From assembly GCA_030700065.1 (NCBI GenBank), contig JAUYKH010000041.1:4659-68658 (forward strand): a stretch of DNA of 64,000 bases, read 5' to 3'. Below, piece by piece: positions 29,254 to 38,836 of the stretch. A model generated the notes under the pieces. That model was given only the letters and a program-made list of their open reading frames with translations. It searched no databases and was not told the DNA's origin. Position 1 is the stretch's first letter. Each line of letters begins with the position of its first letter. A program made the translations under genes and the position numbers. Source of the stretch: a bacterium (GTDB lineage: Bacteria; Patescibacteriota; Doudnabacteria; UBA920; 2-01-FULL-46-14).

Positions 29254-29959
29254 TAAAGTCAAATTTGCAGCGTTTAGCCCAGAAGTGGTAGAAATTCACG
29301 AAATGTTTCGCGCGCAGCCAGCGTCGGAGCATATCGCAAAACCGCCGACGCTTGAAGCATTATTTCAGGTGTGCCAGGCGAATGATTTAAAGCGAGTTTT
29401 GGAACTGGGCGGGGGTTTGGGGACAATTAGCCGTCTTTTGCTAAAATATTCCAACGCGCAACTTGATATTTACGAGCATGATGTCTATTTTCGGGATCGC
29501 CTGCGCGAAAATCTCGCCGAATTTACCGGTCGGTATCAAATTTTATCAGATTATAGAACACTACCTCCGCACCGCGACTACGATTTGGTTGTGGTGGACG
29601 GGGGGCATAGCCGCAAAGATGCCCCGGGCGAGGCGAGCGGTTTCAATGCCGCGATTTGGTTTTATTTGAATTATTTGCAATCAGCGCCATTAGTGTATGT
29701 CGAAGGGAAGCGCCATATTCAAAGACTTTGGGCCAGAAAAGCGATTGCCAAACGGTATATCTACTCTCTTCAGCGTTTTGCTGATACAGAATATTTAGGC
29801 GAGCTTGCAAGTGGGGGAGTTCTCATCCACAAAGTGCGAAGTGCTATCTTTCCACGGCGATTGCTCAATTTCATTTTTTGGGAAATAATCGAGGGGAATA
29901 CAGTTCGCAACCATCTATCATTTCGACTGCGGAAATTAACGGACAGGTTTAAAATATGA
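29243..29959 (+). CDS. Class I SAM-dependent O-methyltransferase (family-3/CmcI-like)
   Basis: VLELGGGLGTISRLL motif I and DLVVVDGGH, typical of Methyltransf_24-type enzymes. Confidence 0.5.
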   Translation: MPVNKVKFAAFSPEVVEIHEMFRAQPASEHIAKPPTLEALFQVCQANDLKRVLELGGGLGTISRLLLKYSNAQLDIYEHDVYFRDRLRENLAEFTGRYQILSDYRTLPPHRDYDLVVVDGGHSRKDAPGEASGFNAAIWFYLNYLQSAPLVYVEGKRHIQRLWARKAIAKRYIYSLQRFADTEYLGELASGGVLIHKVRSAIFPRRLLNFIFWEIIEGNTVRNHLSFRLRKLTDRFKI

Positions 29960-30861
29960 CCAAAGTAAGTTTGGTTTGTTATCATTACCTGGCTCGCCAT
30001 GACGAATTCGCAAAAATTCGAGGCCATTCGAAACTGCAATTTCAGGAGCACCTTGATTATTACAGGAAAAATTTTCATTTTGTTTCAGTGAGCGAGCTTT
30101 TAACCGGACTGACCGAAAGCCAGCGGACAAATTTGTTAATCACCTTTGATGATGGACTCAAGGAGCACATTCAAACTTTTGCCCCGCTCCTGGAACAGCA
30201 TGGAATTAGTGGCGTCTTTAGCGTGCCTTCGTGCATTTTGCGCGGCGAGCCGGCCAATCCGCAGATTACTCGATTCGCGGAAAGTTATTACGGGGAGGAT
30301 GAATTCTATAATTTAGTTTCCGCGGAAATCACGTCCGTTTTTCCCGATCATAGCTTTCTGCTTGAGGAAAAAATATCAAATAAAACGTTGTTCAAATGGA
30401 AGCTCCCTATCCAAATGGCTAGACAAATTCTGCTAAATCTGTATAATAAATATTTACTGCCGAAGTTTCCGGACTTTATGCAGAGGATTTATCTGAGTGA
30501 AAATGATATAAAACAAATGCGCGCTTCCGGCCATGTTATTGCTGTCCATTCCGATACTCATCCGGTTATTAGTCGAATCAAAAAAGAAGATCAGGAGCTT
30601 TTGTCTCAACAGATAATTTTTCCCAAAAGGGAATTAGAAAAGCTATTGGGCGAAGAAGTGAATATATTTACCTATCCTCACGGACAGAAAGAAGAAATTT
30701 TTAGTGATCCCGCAGTACTGCAGGACGCAGGATATAAATTTGTTTTTACCACCTTTCAAGACAATACCAGCTTTAATCCATTGTCGGTTGGCCGCTACCA
30801 GTCGTTTGTGGCTGACACAATTCAATCATTAAGCGACAATATCTGGACCTACACAATATGA
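29956..30861 (+). CDS. Polysaccharide deacetylase (NodB/CE4 family)
   Basis: LITFDDGLKEH and IAVHSDTHP metal-binding motifs of CE4 deacetylases. Confidence 0.55.
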   Translation: MTKVSLVCYHYLARHDEFAKIRGHSKLQFQEHLDYYRKNFHFVSVSELLTGLTESQRTNLLITFDDGLKEHIQTFAPLLEQHGISGVFSVPSCILRGEPANPQITRFAESYYGEDEFYNLVSAEITSVFPDHSFLLEEKISNKTLFKWKLPIQMARQILLNLYNKYLLPKFPDFMQRIYLSENDIKQMRASGHVIAVHSDTHPVISRIKKEDQELLSQQIIFPKRELEKLLGEEVNIFTYPHGQKEEIFSDPAVLQDAGYKFVFTTFQDNTSFNPLSVGRYQSFVADTIQSLSDNIWTYTI

Positions 30862-31973
30862 AAGTCAAAATTTTCGGAGCGGGATCAATTGGAAATCACC
30901 TTACCCAGGCCTCAAGGCGGAAGGGGTGGGATGTCACGGTCGTGGATATTGATCCGGCCGCGCTCAAGCGCATGAAAGAAGAGATTTATCCAAAGCGATA
31001 CGGTAGTTGGGACCCGCAAATCAAACTGATGACCCCCGAAGAGGCACCAAAGGGAGGATTTGACGTCATCATGGTAGGTACGCCGCCGCCGGCCAGACTG
31101 AAAGTCGCCATGGAGGCTTTGGAGGGAAAACCTAGAGTTTTACAGCTTGAAAAGCCCTACTTCGTCCCCATGCTAGATGAAAGCCTGAAACGTGAAAACC
31201 AAGAGTTTATGGAGAAGGCAAAATCTTTGGGCATAAAAGTAGTGGTTGGGTACGAATACGCTCTTGGAGAGAGCGCAAAAAAGGCGTTAGATTTTATTTC
31301 GGATAAGGGTTTTGGAAAAATCCGGGTTTTGGAAGTTGCCGTGCGGGAGGAATGGAGCGGGGCATTGGCTGCCCATCCATGGCTCAAAGGGCCGGCTGAT
31401 ACCTATCTTGGTTTTTGGCAGAAAGGGGGAGGCGCGTTAAGCGAGCATTCGCATGCTATACACTACTGGCAACATTTCGCCAGTCACTTAGGTCTGGGAA
31501 CGATTGATGAAGTTTCTGCATCAATGAGAATGGTAAAAGACGCGTTGTTAGATTACGACGAATTAACATATTTGAACATAAAAACTGACCAGAGTTTTAC
31601 CGGCACGATTGTTCAGGATGTGGTAACCGATCCTCCGTATCTGTCTTTGTTTATTCAAAGAGAGAAGGCCTTTGTTAAATGGCTGCGACGGTCTGTTCCG
31701 GGCAAAGGAAATGTCGAGACAATCACGTATGGGAAAAAAGACGAGAATGGTTGGCTGGTCACGACAGAAGATATCCCCGTCGCGAGACCGGACGACTTTT
31801 ACCCAGAGATAAACCATATTGCTGATCTGCTCGAGGAAAAAGTGAAAATTGAGGATTCCCCGATTCGTTTGGAGATGGGTGCACACGTAACCGCGGTAGT
31901 GACGGCAGCACACGAGTCTCGGCTGAACAATGGAAAATTTATTAAAGTAACAAAATATGCCGGTTATCGATAA
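30858..31973 (+). CDS. NAD(P)-binding oxidoreductase (Gfo/Idh/MocA-like N-terminus)
   Basis: MKVKIFGAGSIGNHLTQASRRKGWDVTVVDID Rossmann fold. Confidence 0.45.
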   Translation: MKVKIFGAGSIGNHLTQASRRKGWDVTVVDIDPAALKRMKEEIYPKRYGSWDPQIKLMTPEEAPKGGFDVIMVGTPPPARLKVAMEALEGKPRVLQLEKPYFVPMLDESLKRENQEFMEKAKSLGIKVVVGYEYALGESAKKALDFISDKGFGKIRVLEVAVREEWSGALAAHPWLKGPADTYLGFWQKGGGALSEHSHAIHYWQHFASHLGLGTIDEVSASMRMVKDALLDYDELTYLNIKTDQSFTGTIVQDVVTDPPYLSLFIQREKAFVKWLRRSVPGKGNVETITYGKKDENGWLVTTEDIPVARPDDFYPEINHIADLLEEKVKIEDSPIRLEMGAHVTAVVTAAHESRLNNGKFIKVTKYAGYR

Positions 31974-32649
31974 AAAAATACTTGCGATCATCCCGGCCCG
32001 CGGCGGATCCAAAGGCTTGCCGGGCAAAAATATAAAATTGTTGGTGGGTAAACCGCTCATCGCTTATTCAATTGAAGCGGCAAAAAAATCAAAGCACGTT
32101 GATCGTGTAATCGTGACCAGCGACGACAAGAATATTTTGGAAACTTCTGCACCATTTGGGGCTGAACTTATCCAAAGACCCGCAGAGCTGGCGCTTGATG
32201 AAACCAAGATGCCTCCAGTAATCCAACATGTTATTGACACATTAAAAACAAAGGATAATTATCGACCGGATATTGTTTTGCTTTTGCAGCCAACGTGTCC
32301 ATTGCGCACGAGCAAGCATATAGATGAGGCCATCGAGCATTTTTCGGCCAATGATTTTGACAGCCTCCTAAGCGTTCTGGTTTTATACAAGCAGCAGTTT
32401 GTGGTCGAGAATGAAAAATACTTGCAGCCGCTTCTGAAGGAAAGGCCAAACCGGCAGGACAGAAAGCCGGTGATATTGGAAAATGGCGTGATTTATTTGA
32501 CCATGATAAATCTGATGGAGCAGGGGACAATAGTGGGTGGAAAGATAGGTTATTATCCGATGCATATCGCTGATTCGCCAAACATTGACGACCAGGAAGA
32601 TTTTTTGTTTGCCGAAAGATTGATAAAAGGATCGCGTGACCATGAATAA
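31957..32649 (+). CDS. neuA: Acylneuraminate cytidylyltransferase (NeuA-like) #2
   Basis: ILAIIPARGGSKGLPGKNIKLLVGKPLIAYSIEAA..LLQPTCPLR. Confidence 0.75.
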   Translation: MPVIDKKILAIIPARGGSKGLPGKNIKLLVGKPLIAYSIEAAKKSKHVDRVIVTSDDKNILETSAPFGAELIQRPAELALDETKMPPVIQHVIDTLKTKDNYRPDIVLLLQPTCPLRTSKHIDEAIEHFSANDFDSLLSVLVLYKQQFVVENEKYLQPLLKERPNRQDRKPVILENGVIYLTMINLMEQGTIVGGKIGYYPMHIADSPNIDDQEDFLFAERLIKGSRDHE

Positions 32650-33730
32650 AGAAATCAAAATTGGACGAGTGGTTATTGGAGAGCAATATCCGTTTGTAGT
32701 CATTCCCGAGGCGGGCGATAATCACCACGGCAGCCTCGCCTCCGCCAAAGAGATTGCCCATGCCGCGCTTGAGGCCGGATCCAAGATTATTAAATTTCAA
32801 CTGCACTTGCCGGACGAGGAGATGGATCGAGAGGGCATGCGTCAAACGTCCTCGGAGATGTTTAAGAAATGGGGCGATTTGTACGGCTTTATTCAGAAAA
32901 ATCAGTTGTCTGTCGAAGATCACTCGGAACTTATCCGTTACTGCGAAAAGATCGGCATCCAGTATTTTTGCACACCTTTCTCGGCGAAGGCGGCACAAAT
33001 ACTAACAGAAATTGGCGGTGATGCCGCGTTCAAAATTGGTTCTGGAGAAACCGAAGATCTGCCAATGATTGAGGAGGTCGCTGCTTTGGGTAAGCCGATG
33101 ATGGTTTCCACTGGAATGAGCACTTATGAGGAGATTGATTTAACAGTCGCTGCTATTAAGCAGAAAAATATCCCGTTTTCGTTGGCGCATTGCATATCGT
33201 CCTATCCACCAAAGTCCCTTTCTGAACTTCACCTGGGAGTCATCAGAGAGCTTGGAGCGCGCTACGATACAGTTGTCGGTTTTTCGGATCATACGCCGCC
33301 CGAAGGGCTGGTAATCGAGGGAGGAAAGCCAATTTCAGAAGAGGCAATTTTGTTCGGCGCGATGGGCGCAGGTGCCAGATATCTAGAGAAACATTTTACT
33401 GTCGATAGAAAAGGAAAAGACGCGGATAGCTGGTTTTCTCATGATCCGCAGACCCTCAAAGATCTTATAAATACTGCCGCCGAACTTGATAAGGCGATGG
33501 ATAATAAGCGGGAGGTGTTTGAAGAGGAAAAAGGCGTCTGGATTTGGGCCAAGCGGAGCCTGGTCGCGGCCGAAGATATTCCGGCCGGAGCGAAGATTAC
33601 CCGAGAAATGCTCAAAAGCAAACGTCCGGGAACAGGAATTAGGTCCAAAGATTATCACTCGATTTTGGGGAAAATTGTTAAACACAACATCGCCAAGGAT
33701 AAAATATTACTGTTAACTGATTTAGAATGA
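32636..33730 (+). CDS. neuB: NeuB-family sialic-acid-type synthase #3
   Basis: FVVIPEAGDNHHGSLASAKEIAHAALEAGSKIIKFQLH..AHCISSYPP..GFSDHTPP plus SAF tail. Confidence 0.8.
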   Translation: MTMNKEIKIGRVVIGEQYPFVVIPEAGDNHHGSLASAKEIAHAALEAGSKIIKFQLHLPDEEMDREGMRQTSSEMFKKWGDLYGFIQKNQLSVEDHSELIRYCEKIGIQYFCTPFSAKAAQILTEIGGDAAFKIGSGETEDLPMIEEVAALGKPMMVSTGMSTYEEIDLTVAAIKQKNIPFSLAHCISSYPPKSLSELHLGVIRELGARYDTVVGFSDHTPPEGLVIEGGKPISEEAILFGAMGAGARYLEKHFTVDRKGKDADSWFSHDPQTLKDLINTAAELDKAMDNKREVFEEEKGVWIWAKRSLVAAEDIPAGAKITREMLKSKRPGTGIRSKDYHSILGKIVKHNIAKDKILLLTDLE

Positions 33731-34881
33731 GAAAAATTTGCGCAATCACGGCAAACCGGGCGGATTTCAGCCGGATGGAAACCGCGCTGCGGGAAATAAA
33801 AAAGCATAAAGATCTCGAGCTGCAGCTGGTCGTCATGGGATCTCACCTTTTGTACGATACCGGCAACACGATCGAAGAGATCAGGCAAAAGGGGTTTGGT
33901 GTTGACCGGACTATTTATATGGAAGTGAGCGGCAGCAATCCTTCGACAATGAGCAAATCAGTGGGGCTCGCGATTATCGAACTCTCCTCGGTCTTGGATA
34001 ATTTAAAACCTGATCTGGTTTTGGTTCCAGTGGATCGTTTTGAGTCCCTCGCCATGGGGGTGGCGGCGTCTCTGATGAATTTGCCTATCGCACACATTCA
34101 GGGCGGCGAGATTACTGGCACGATCGATGAGAGCATTAGGCATGCTCTAACCAAGTTGTCGCATATTCATTTTCCGGCCACTGAACTCTCCCGTCAGCGA
34201 ATTATCCGGATGGGGGAGCCGGAAGACCTGGTGTTCAATGTCGGGTGTCCGGGGACTGATTTATTGCTTGAGGCGCCGGTTTTGAACGCCAAGCAGACGA
34301 TTGAGTTGCTTAACCAGGATCTTGCCAATCCGCTCGATCCCGAGAGACCTTTTATATTGATGGTGCAGCATCCAGTGACAACGGAGTTTGGAAGTGCCAC
34401 TAAAGAGATTACGGAATCAATGGAGGCCATGTCCGAGTTTGAAGAGCAGATCATTATTCTCTGGCCGAATATTGACGCGGGAGCGGATGAATTGTCCAGG
34501 GTCCTGCGAAAATATACAATTTTTGCGAAAAACGGAAAAGGAATGAGGATTTTTAAACATTGGCCGACCGAAACTTTCGCCAATATCATGCGTAATGCGG
34601 TCTGCCAGGTAGGAAATTCCTCGAGCGGGATCAGGGAATCGTGTTATTTCGGCACCCCGGTAGTGAATGTTGGCTCGCGCCAACAGGATCGGGAAAGGGG
34701 GAAAAACGTGATGGATGTAGGGTATGATCGTCGCGAGATCGCCGCGGCTGTCCGCCAGCAAATCAAACACGGGAAGTATAAGATGGAGGCAATATATGGC
34801 GATGGCACAGCCGGGAGACAAATTGCCGATATTTTGGCATCCATAAAAATTCCAAGCGTACAAAAGAGGATCAGATACTAG
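33727..34881 (+). CDS. neuC: UDP-N-acetylglucosamine 2-epimerase (hydrolysing; NeuC-like)
   Basis: MRKICAITANRADFSRMETALREI..LVVMGSHLL..HIQGGEITGTIDESIRHALTKLSHIHF is the Epimerase_2 pattern. Confidence 0.8.
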   Translation: MRKICAITANRADFSRMETALREIKKHKDLELQLVVMGSHLLYDTGNTIEEIRQKGFGVDRTIYMEVSGSNPSTMSKSVGLAIIELSSVLDNLKPDLVLVPVDRFESLAMGVAASLMNLPIAHIQGGEITGTIDESIRHALTKLSHIHFPATELSRQRIIRMGEPEDLVFNVGCPGTDLLLEAPVLNAKQTIELLNQDLANPLDPERPFILMVQHPVTTEFGSATKEITESMEAMSEFEEQIIILWPNIDAGADELSRVLRKYTIFAKNGKGMRIFKHWPTETFANIMRNAVCQVGNSSSGIRESCYFGTPVVNVGSRQQDRERGKNVMDVGYDRREIAAAVRQQIKHGKYKMEAIYGDGTAGRQIADILASIKIPSVQKRIRY

Positions 34882-34883
34882 AT

Positions 34884-35807
34884 ATGTCTAAAAGCAAGGG
34901 TCCGGATTTTTTGATAGTCGGGTTGGAAAGAAGCGGAACAAGCTGGGTTTCGGCCCTGCTGAATAGTCATCCGGAGATTGCCTGCATCCCCCCGATGCCG
35001 TTTCGCAAGGAGTCGGGAGAATTTAGAGAAATCGGGGAGATTCATTTGTTTAATACGCTCGCGAGTCTAGAAGTTGGAACAACAGACAAATTTACACGGC
35101 CGGTCGCCAACTACAAAACGACTGATATCAAAATATTCGCAGATTTTGCTGACCTGGAAGGAAAAATTCCCAAAGAGGAGCTGTATAATACATTTATTGA
35201 GCGGTACAACGAGCTTTGCGAATCTTATCGGAAAGGCAAGAAACTTGTGGGAGAGTCTACGCCGGCCTATGTCTTTCACCTTAATTTTATTGACCGATTT
35301 TATCCCGGGATTAAAAAACTTTGCATCATCCGCGATCCCAAAGACAAAGTCGTCTCCTGGCATTTCAATCTTGTGAGAAAAGGGCGGAAACAGGAAGACG
35401 AAAAAATTTCCGATGAATTTATCAAGGAATATTGCGAGACGAGGATTGCCAAAGAATATCAGGCCTTGCTGGATTACCAGGGGCAGATTCACTGTTTTAC
35501 TTACGAAGCCCTGACACACAACCCCCGCAAGGTTGTATCGGGAGTTTTGCGGCACCTTGAAGTAAATGACGACATTGCGCTTACTGACCAAATGGTCAAA
35601 GAAGCATCGTTTGAAAATTTAACCGCAAAGGACAGCGGAAGGGGTAGACAGCAAGGCGAGCAATCTCTAAAAAGTCATTTCCGCAAAGGCATTATTGGAG
35701 ACTGGAAAACCCATCTAACCAATACCCAGATCCATTATATCGAGGGCGAGACCCTACAACTTCGGAAAGAGGTCTTCGAAAAGTACCGCGTCGATCCAAT
35801 CGAATAA
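34884..35807 (+). CDS. PAPS-dependent sulfotransferase
   Basis: 5'-PSB motif LERSGTSW and 3'-PB motif RDPKDKVVSWHF. Confidence 0.65.
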   Translation: MSKSKGPDFLIVGLERSGTSWVSALLNSHPEIACIPPMPFRKESGEFREIGEIHLFNTLASLEVGTTDKFTRPVANYKTTDIKIFADFADLEGKIPKEELYNTFIERYNELCESYRKGKKLVGESTPAYVFHLNFIDRFYPGIKKLCIIRDPKDKVVSWHFNLVRKGRKQEDEKISDEFIKEYCETRIAKEYQALLDYQGQIHCFTYEALTHNPRKVVSGVLRHLEVNDDIALTDQMVKEASFENLTAKDSGRGRQQGEQSLKSHFRKGIIGDWKTHLTNTQIHYIEGETLQLRKEVFEKYRVDPIE

Positions 35808-35820
35808 TTAACCCGAATTC

Positions 35821-36696
35821 ATGTCGAAATTTTTATTTGAGTTTGAAATGCTCGAGGCTTGTCCGGTTTGCGAAAGCCGGGTGATGGTTCCCAATGGCCG
35901 CATCAGCTGGCTGGAGAACGATTTTTGGTATGTGGTCTGTCCCGGATGCGGGCTCAAATATATGAATCCTCGGCCCACAACGCAGTCTTACCGCGATTTT
36001 TATCGGGATTATTTCTGGCAGCAAAAAATTCGAAATGCCGGTTTCCGCGAAGCTGGCCAGACTTGGCAGGGGAAGCCGCAGGAATGGCACAACGAGGAGC
36101 CGTGGAAACCTGAAGATGGGAGAAAAATTTTTATGGACAAATTCAGGAAGGTAAGAGTAGATGCCATTTCTGGCGTTCTGCAAAAATGTATTAATTTGGG
36201 GAAGGACTCCCTGATTCTTGAGGTGGGATGTGGTTTCCCGGCGACCCTGGAAGCACTGCGCGACAAATACGATGCGCAGGTTTATGCTATTGAGCCGTCG
36301 GAAGATGCAAGGCAGATAATCGGAGAAAAAAATATCGAGCTTCTAGGATCTTACGCCGAAGAGCTCCGGGACTTGGCCGCAGGGGACTTACGGTTTGACG
36401 CGATCATCTTTTCTCATGTTCTTGAAAACGCCACTGATCCCTTGCAGGTTATTCGGTGGGCAAATTCATGCCTTTCCGCCAATGGCGTCATTTATATTCA
36501 AACTCCAAATTTGCTAGTATTTGATCAGATGAATCCTTATCATCCTTTCATTTTCTCCAGAAATTCGCTCCGAGTACTCATAGAGAAAGCCGGTCTTGTT
36601 TACGAACCCGTTTCACAGCCAATAGACAAAATGTTGACCGTAATATGTTCTAAAAAACGACAATCCAATTGGCGTATCAATCCGGATGGAAAATAG
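35821..36696 (+). CDS. Class I SAM-dependent methyltransferase with N-terminal Cys4 zinc-ribbon
   Basis: CPVCESR..CPGCG then LEVGCGFPATLEAL motif I. Same architecture as 12252-13364. Confidence 0.55.
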   Translation: MSKFLFEFEMLEACPVCESRVMVPNGRISWLENDFWYVVCPGCGLKYMNPRPTTQSYRDFYRDYFWQQKIRNAGFREAGQTWQGKPQEWHNEEPWKPEDGRKIFMDKFRKVRVDAISGVLQKCINLGKDSLILEVGCGFPATLEALRDKYDAQVYAIEPSEDARQIIGEKNIELLGSYAEELRDLAAGDLRFDAIIFSHVLENATDPLQVIRWANSCLSANGVIYIQTPNLLVFDQMNPYHPFIFSRNSLRVLIEKAGLVYEPVSQPIDKMLTVICSKKRQSNWRINPDGK

Positions 36697-36715
36697 GTTA
36701 TCCACAAGGCCTAAA

Positions 36716-36744
36716 TTGACATATTAAAAAAAATATCATAAACT
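36716..36744 (+). promoter_or_regulatory. Sigma70-like promoter (TTGACA-N17-TAAACT) in the AT-rich gap before the repeat-protein genes
   Basis: TTGACA 36716-36721, 17-nt spacer, TAAACT 36739-36744. The 121-nt intergenic gap is AT-rich. Confidence 0.35.
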
Positions 36745-36817
36745 AATGCTGGATGTTTTTCCATCTATATTTGAAACCAAAATTTGAAAAAATAATTAAA
36801 GTTTTATTAAACAAAAT

Positions 36818-37474
36818 ATGCATAATGCAAGGCAAGTTTTACAAGGTTACTTCGGTCCAAAATATCCCATTGCTGTCGGCGTTTTGACAGCTTTAATTTT
36901 GTCCCCGTTGATTGTGATTTTTATTAGCGCGGCCGTGGCCGTTACCACTGTCAGCACGGACGTCGTAACCGGCGGAAATCTCCAGGCCTCCTCCACCCTT
37001 TTGGTTACTGGTGATGTTTTAACTTATGGCAATAGCACTTTTGGCAATGCCGCCACAGATATCAATCTATTTACCGGTACGCTTCAGGCCACCACAACCG
37101 CTTTGTTTACCGCCGGGATTACGACCTATGGAAATTCAATTTTTGGAGACACCAATGCCGACACAAATACGTTCGCCGGCAACATCACTTTGGAAAATTC
37201 GGAGACACTCGGCAACGCGACGAATAACAATATTTTCTTGGGTGCCAATACCATTTCGCTCGCCACCACGACTGCGACAACCACTGGATCAGTGTGGGTT
37301 TCAGCGAAAGGCGGCATTACCACGACGACCTTGCAGGTTAACGGGAATATTGAGGGCAATGCAGGCGGCGCTACAAGGGGGAGCTGTCTTCAACTTTGGC
37401 AGGAGGATGTGATTTACCGCATCTATGTTGTTGAAGCGAATGCGCTTATGGTTGAGGCCGGAACCTGTCAGTAG
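36818..37474 (+). CDS. Membrane-anchored Thr/Gly/Asn-rich repeat protein (putative surface protein)
   Basis: N-terminal hydrophobic anchor, then periodic T-x-Y-G-N-S-x-F-G-N/D repeats (LTYGNSTFGNAATD, TTYGNSIFGDTNAD). Composition is very high in Thr/Ser/Asn/Gly. Confidence 0.5.
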   Translation: MHNARQVLQGYFGPKYPIAVGVLTALILSPLIVIFISAAVAVTTVSTDVVTGGNLQASSTLLVTGDVLTYGNSTFGNAATDINLFTGTLQATTTALFTAGITTYGNSIFGDTNADTNTFAGNITLENSETLGNATNNNIFLGANTISLATTTATTTGSVWVSAKGGITTTTLQVNGNIEGNAGGATRGSCLQLWQEDVIYRIYVVEANALMVEAGTCQ

Positions 37475-37509
37475 TCCTCGATTCAGCACGATTAAATTAG
37501 CGAAAGCAG

Positions 37510-38769
37510 ATGCTGAAACAAAAAGTTTTTTTAGGGAAAGTCGCTTTAGCAATTTTGATTGTTTGGGGTGCTTTTTTTTCAAGCACGCCGAATGTCGCGG
37601 CAGTAGAATCAGATGTGCTGTTTGATACAGATACACCGATTGCTCTGACCCTCGAAGGGAGAACCAGGACATTTCTGGTGGGGGACGGCTCGAGGGCGGT
37701 AAGTATTCAGGTTGGCGCCAGCAGTATTACTGTCATAGTGGGAACTGCCGGAGAGGGTGAAGACAGTGATACTTTTACCCTGCAGAACAACGCTTCTACG
37801 CCGGCGATGAATTTCTTGATCAACAGCGCGTATGATCCAGTGACTACTTGCAGTGGGGGTTTTGGTTCAGTAAGCCTATCCAATACGGCCACCACCACCT
37901 ATATTATTGCTCCCCAGCCAGACAATCTTTGCGAGACTGGCGCCAGCGGCTCGAGTTCTGGAGGAGGCGGTGGTGGGGGCGGTGGTGTGACCACTCCGAC
38001 CACCCCGACGGTTCCCGCGGAAACTCCCTCTGTGACGGCTCCAGTTGCCGGAGCTCATCCGAACGGCACTTTGATTTTGGATAACGGTACAATTTACCTC
38101 GTGGTTGAGGGCAAAAAGCGCGGGTTTCGGAACCCCGAAGAGTATTTTTCGCACGGTTATAAATTTGCCCAAGCGGTCGCGGCCAATGATGCCGATCGCA
38201 GCTTGTCGGACAGTGACGAGCCGATTGAAAAGGCTCTTGACGGCACGCTGGCGCTGGATAAGACCGACAACCGGACGATTTATATGATTGCCGGCGGACA
38301 GAAGCGCGGGTTCACCTCTGCCGAGGTTTTTCACGCCTTAGGCTACCAGTTTAACCAGGCCGTGCCGATTGATCTGGGCGATTATCCGGCTGGCGATCCT
38401 ATAACTGGCGAATCCACCACCCATCCCAACGGCGCTCTGCTTTTGGACAAAAATGACGGCCGCACTGTTTGGTGGGTCCTAAACGGTCAGCGCCAAGGAT
38501 TTCAGTCGGCCGAGGTATTCTTCACCTATGGATTCTCGTTTGGCAAAATTGTCCCTGCCACTGATGCGGATATGGCTTTGGCAGAAGGCGCTTTGGTTAA
38601 ATTCCGCGACGGCACCATCGTGGCCGACGGCAGCGATTATTATCTTATTTCCGAAGGGAAAAAACGGAAGTTCGTGAATCTTGAGGCAATGCAAAACTTG
38701 GGCTATCAGATGACGAATGCGATTGCGGCATCGCTTGGCGCTTACAAGGTTGGCGACGATATCAACTAA
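37510..38769 (+). CDS. Secreted protein with Gly8/Thr-Pro linker and four tandem ~55-aa G-x-K-R-G-F repeat domains
   Basis: Signal-like N-terminus, then GGGGGGGGVTTPTTPTVP linker. Four repeats follow: GTLILDNGTIYLVVEGKKRGF.., GTLALDKTDNRTIYMIAGGQKRGF.., GALLLDKNDGRTVWWVLNGQRQGF.., GTIVADGSDYYLISEGKKRKF.. Confidence 0.55.
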   Translation: MLKQKVFLGKVALAILIVWGAFFSSTPNVAAVESDVLFDTDTPIALTLEGRTRTFLVGDGSRAVSIQVGASSITVIVGTAGEGEDSDTFTLQNNASTPAMNFLINSAYDPVTTCSGGFGSVSLSNTATTTYIIAPQPDNLCETGASGSSSGGGGGGGGGVTTPTTPTVPAETPSVTAPVAGAHPNGTLILDNGTIYLVVEGKKRGFRNPEEYFSHGYKFAQAVAANDADRSLSDSDEPIEKALDGTLALDKTDNRTIYMIAGGQKRGFTSAEVFHALGYQFNQAVPIDLGDYPAGDPITGESTTHPNGALLLDKNDGRTVWWVLNGQRQGFQSAEVFFTYGFSFGKIVPATDADMALAEGALVKFRDGTIVADGSDYYLISEGKKRKFVNLEAMQNLGYQMTNAIAASLGAYKVGDDIN

Positions 38770-38796
38770 AATAATTATTTTTTTCGCTATCTAAAA

Positions 38797-38828
38797 TTTT
38801 CCCGCTTATGAGCGGGGAAATTTTATTT
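38797..38828 (+). terminator. Rho-independent terminator
   Basis: TTTTCCCGCT-TATG-AGCGGGGAAA hairpin followed by TTTTATTT. Confidence 0.5.
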
Positions 38829-38836
38829 GATATATA

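Noticed and set aside
37026-37412. Alternative-frame ORF (128 aa, Pro/Arg-rich) inside the Thr/Gly/Asn repeat-protein gene
   Set aside because: Same strand but out of frame with a gene that has a clear hydrophobic anchor and periodic repeats. The composition is typical of a frame-shifted read of GC-rich repeat DNA.
37961-37990. (GGN)10 run encoding Gly8
   Set aside because: It is an in-frame low-complexity linker of the secreted repeat protein, not a simple-sequence or CRISPR-like repeat.
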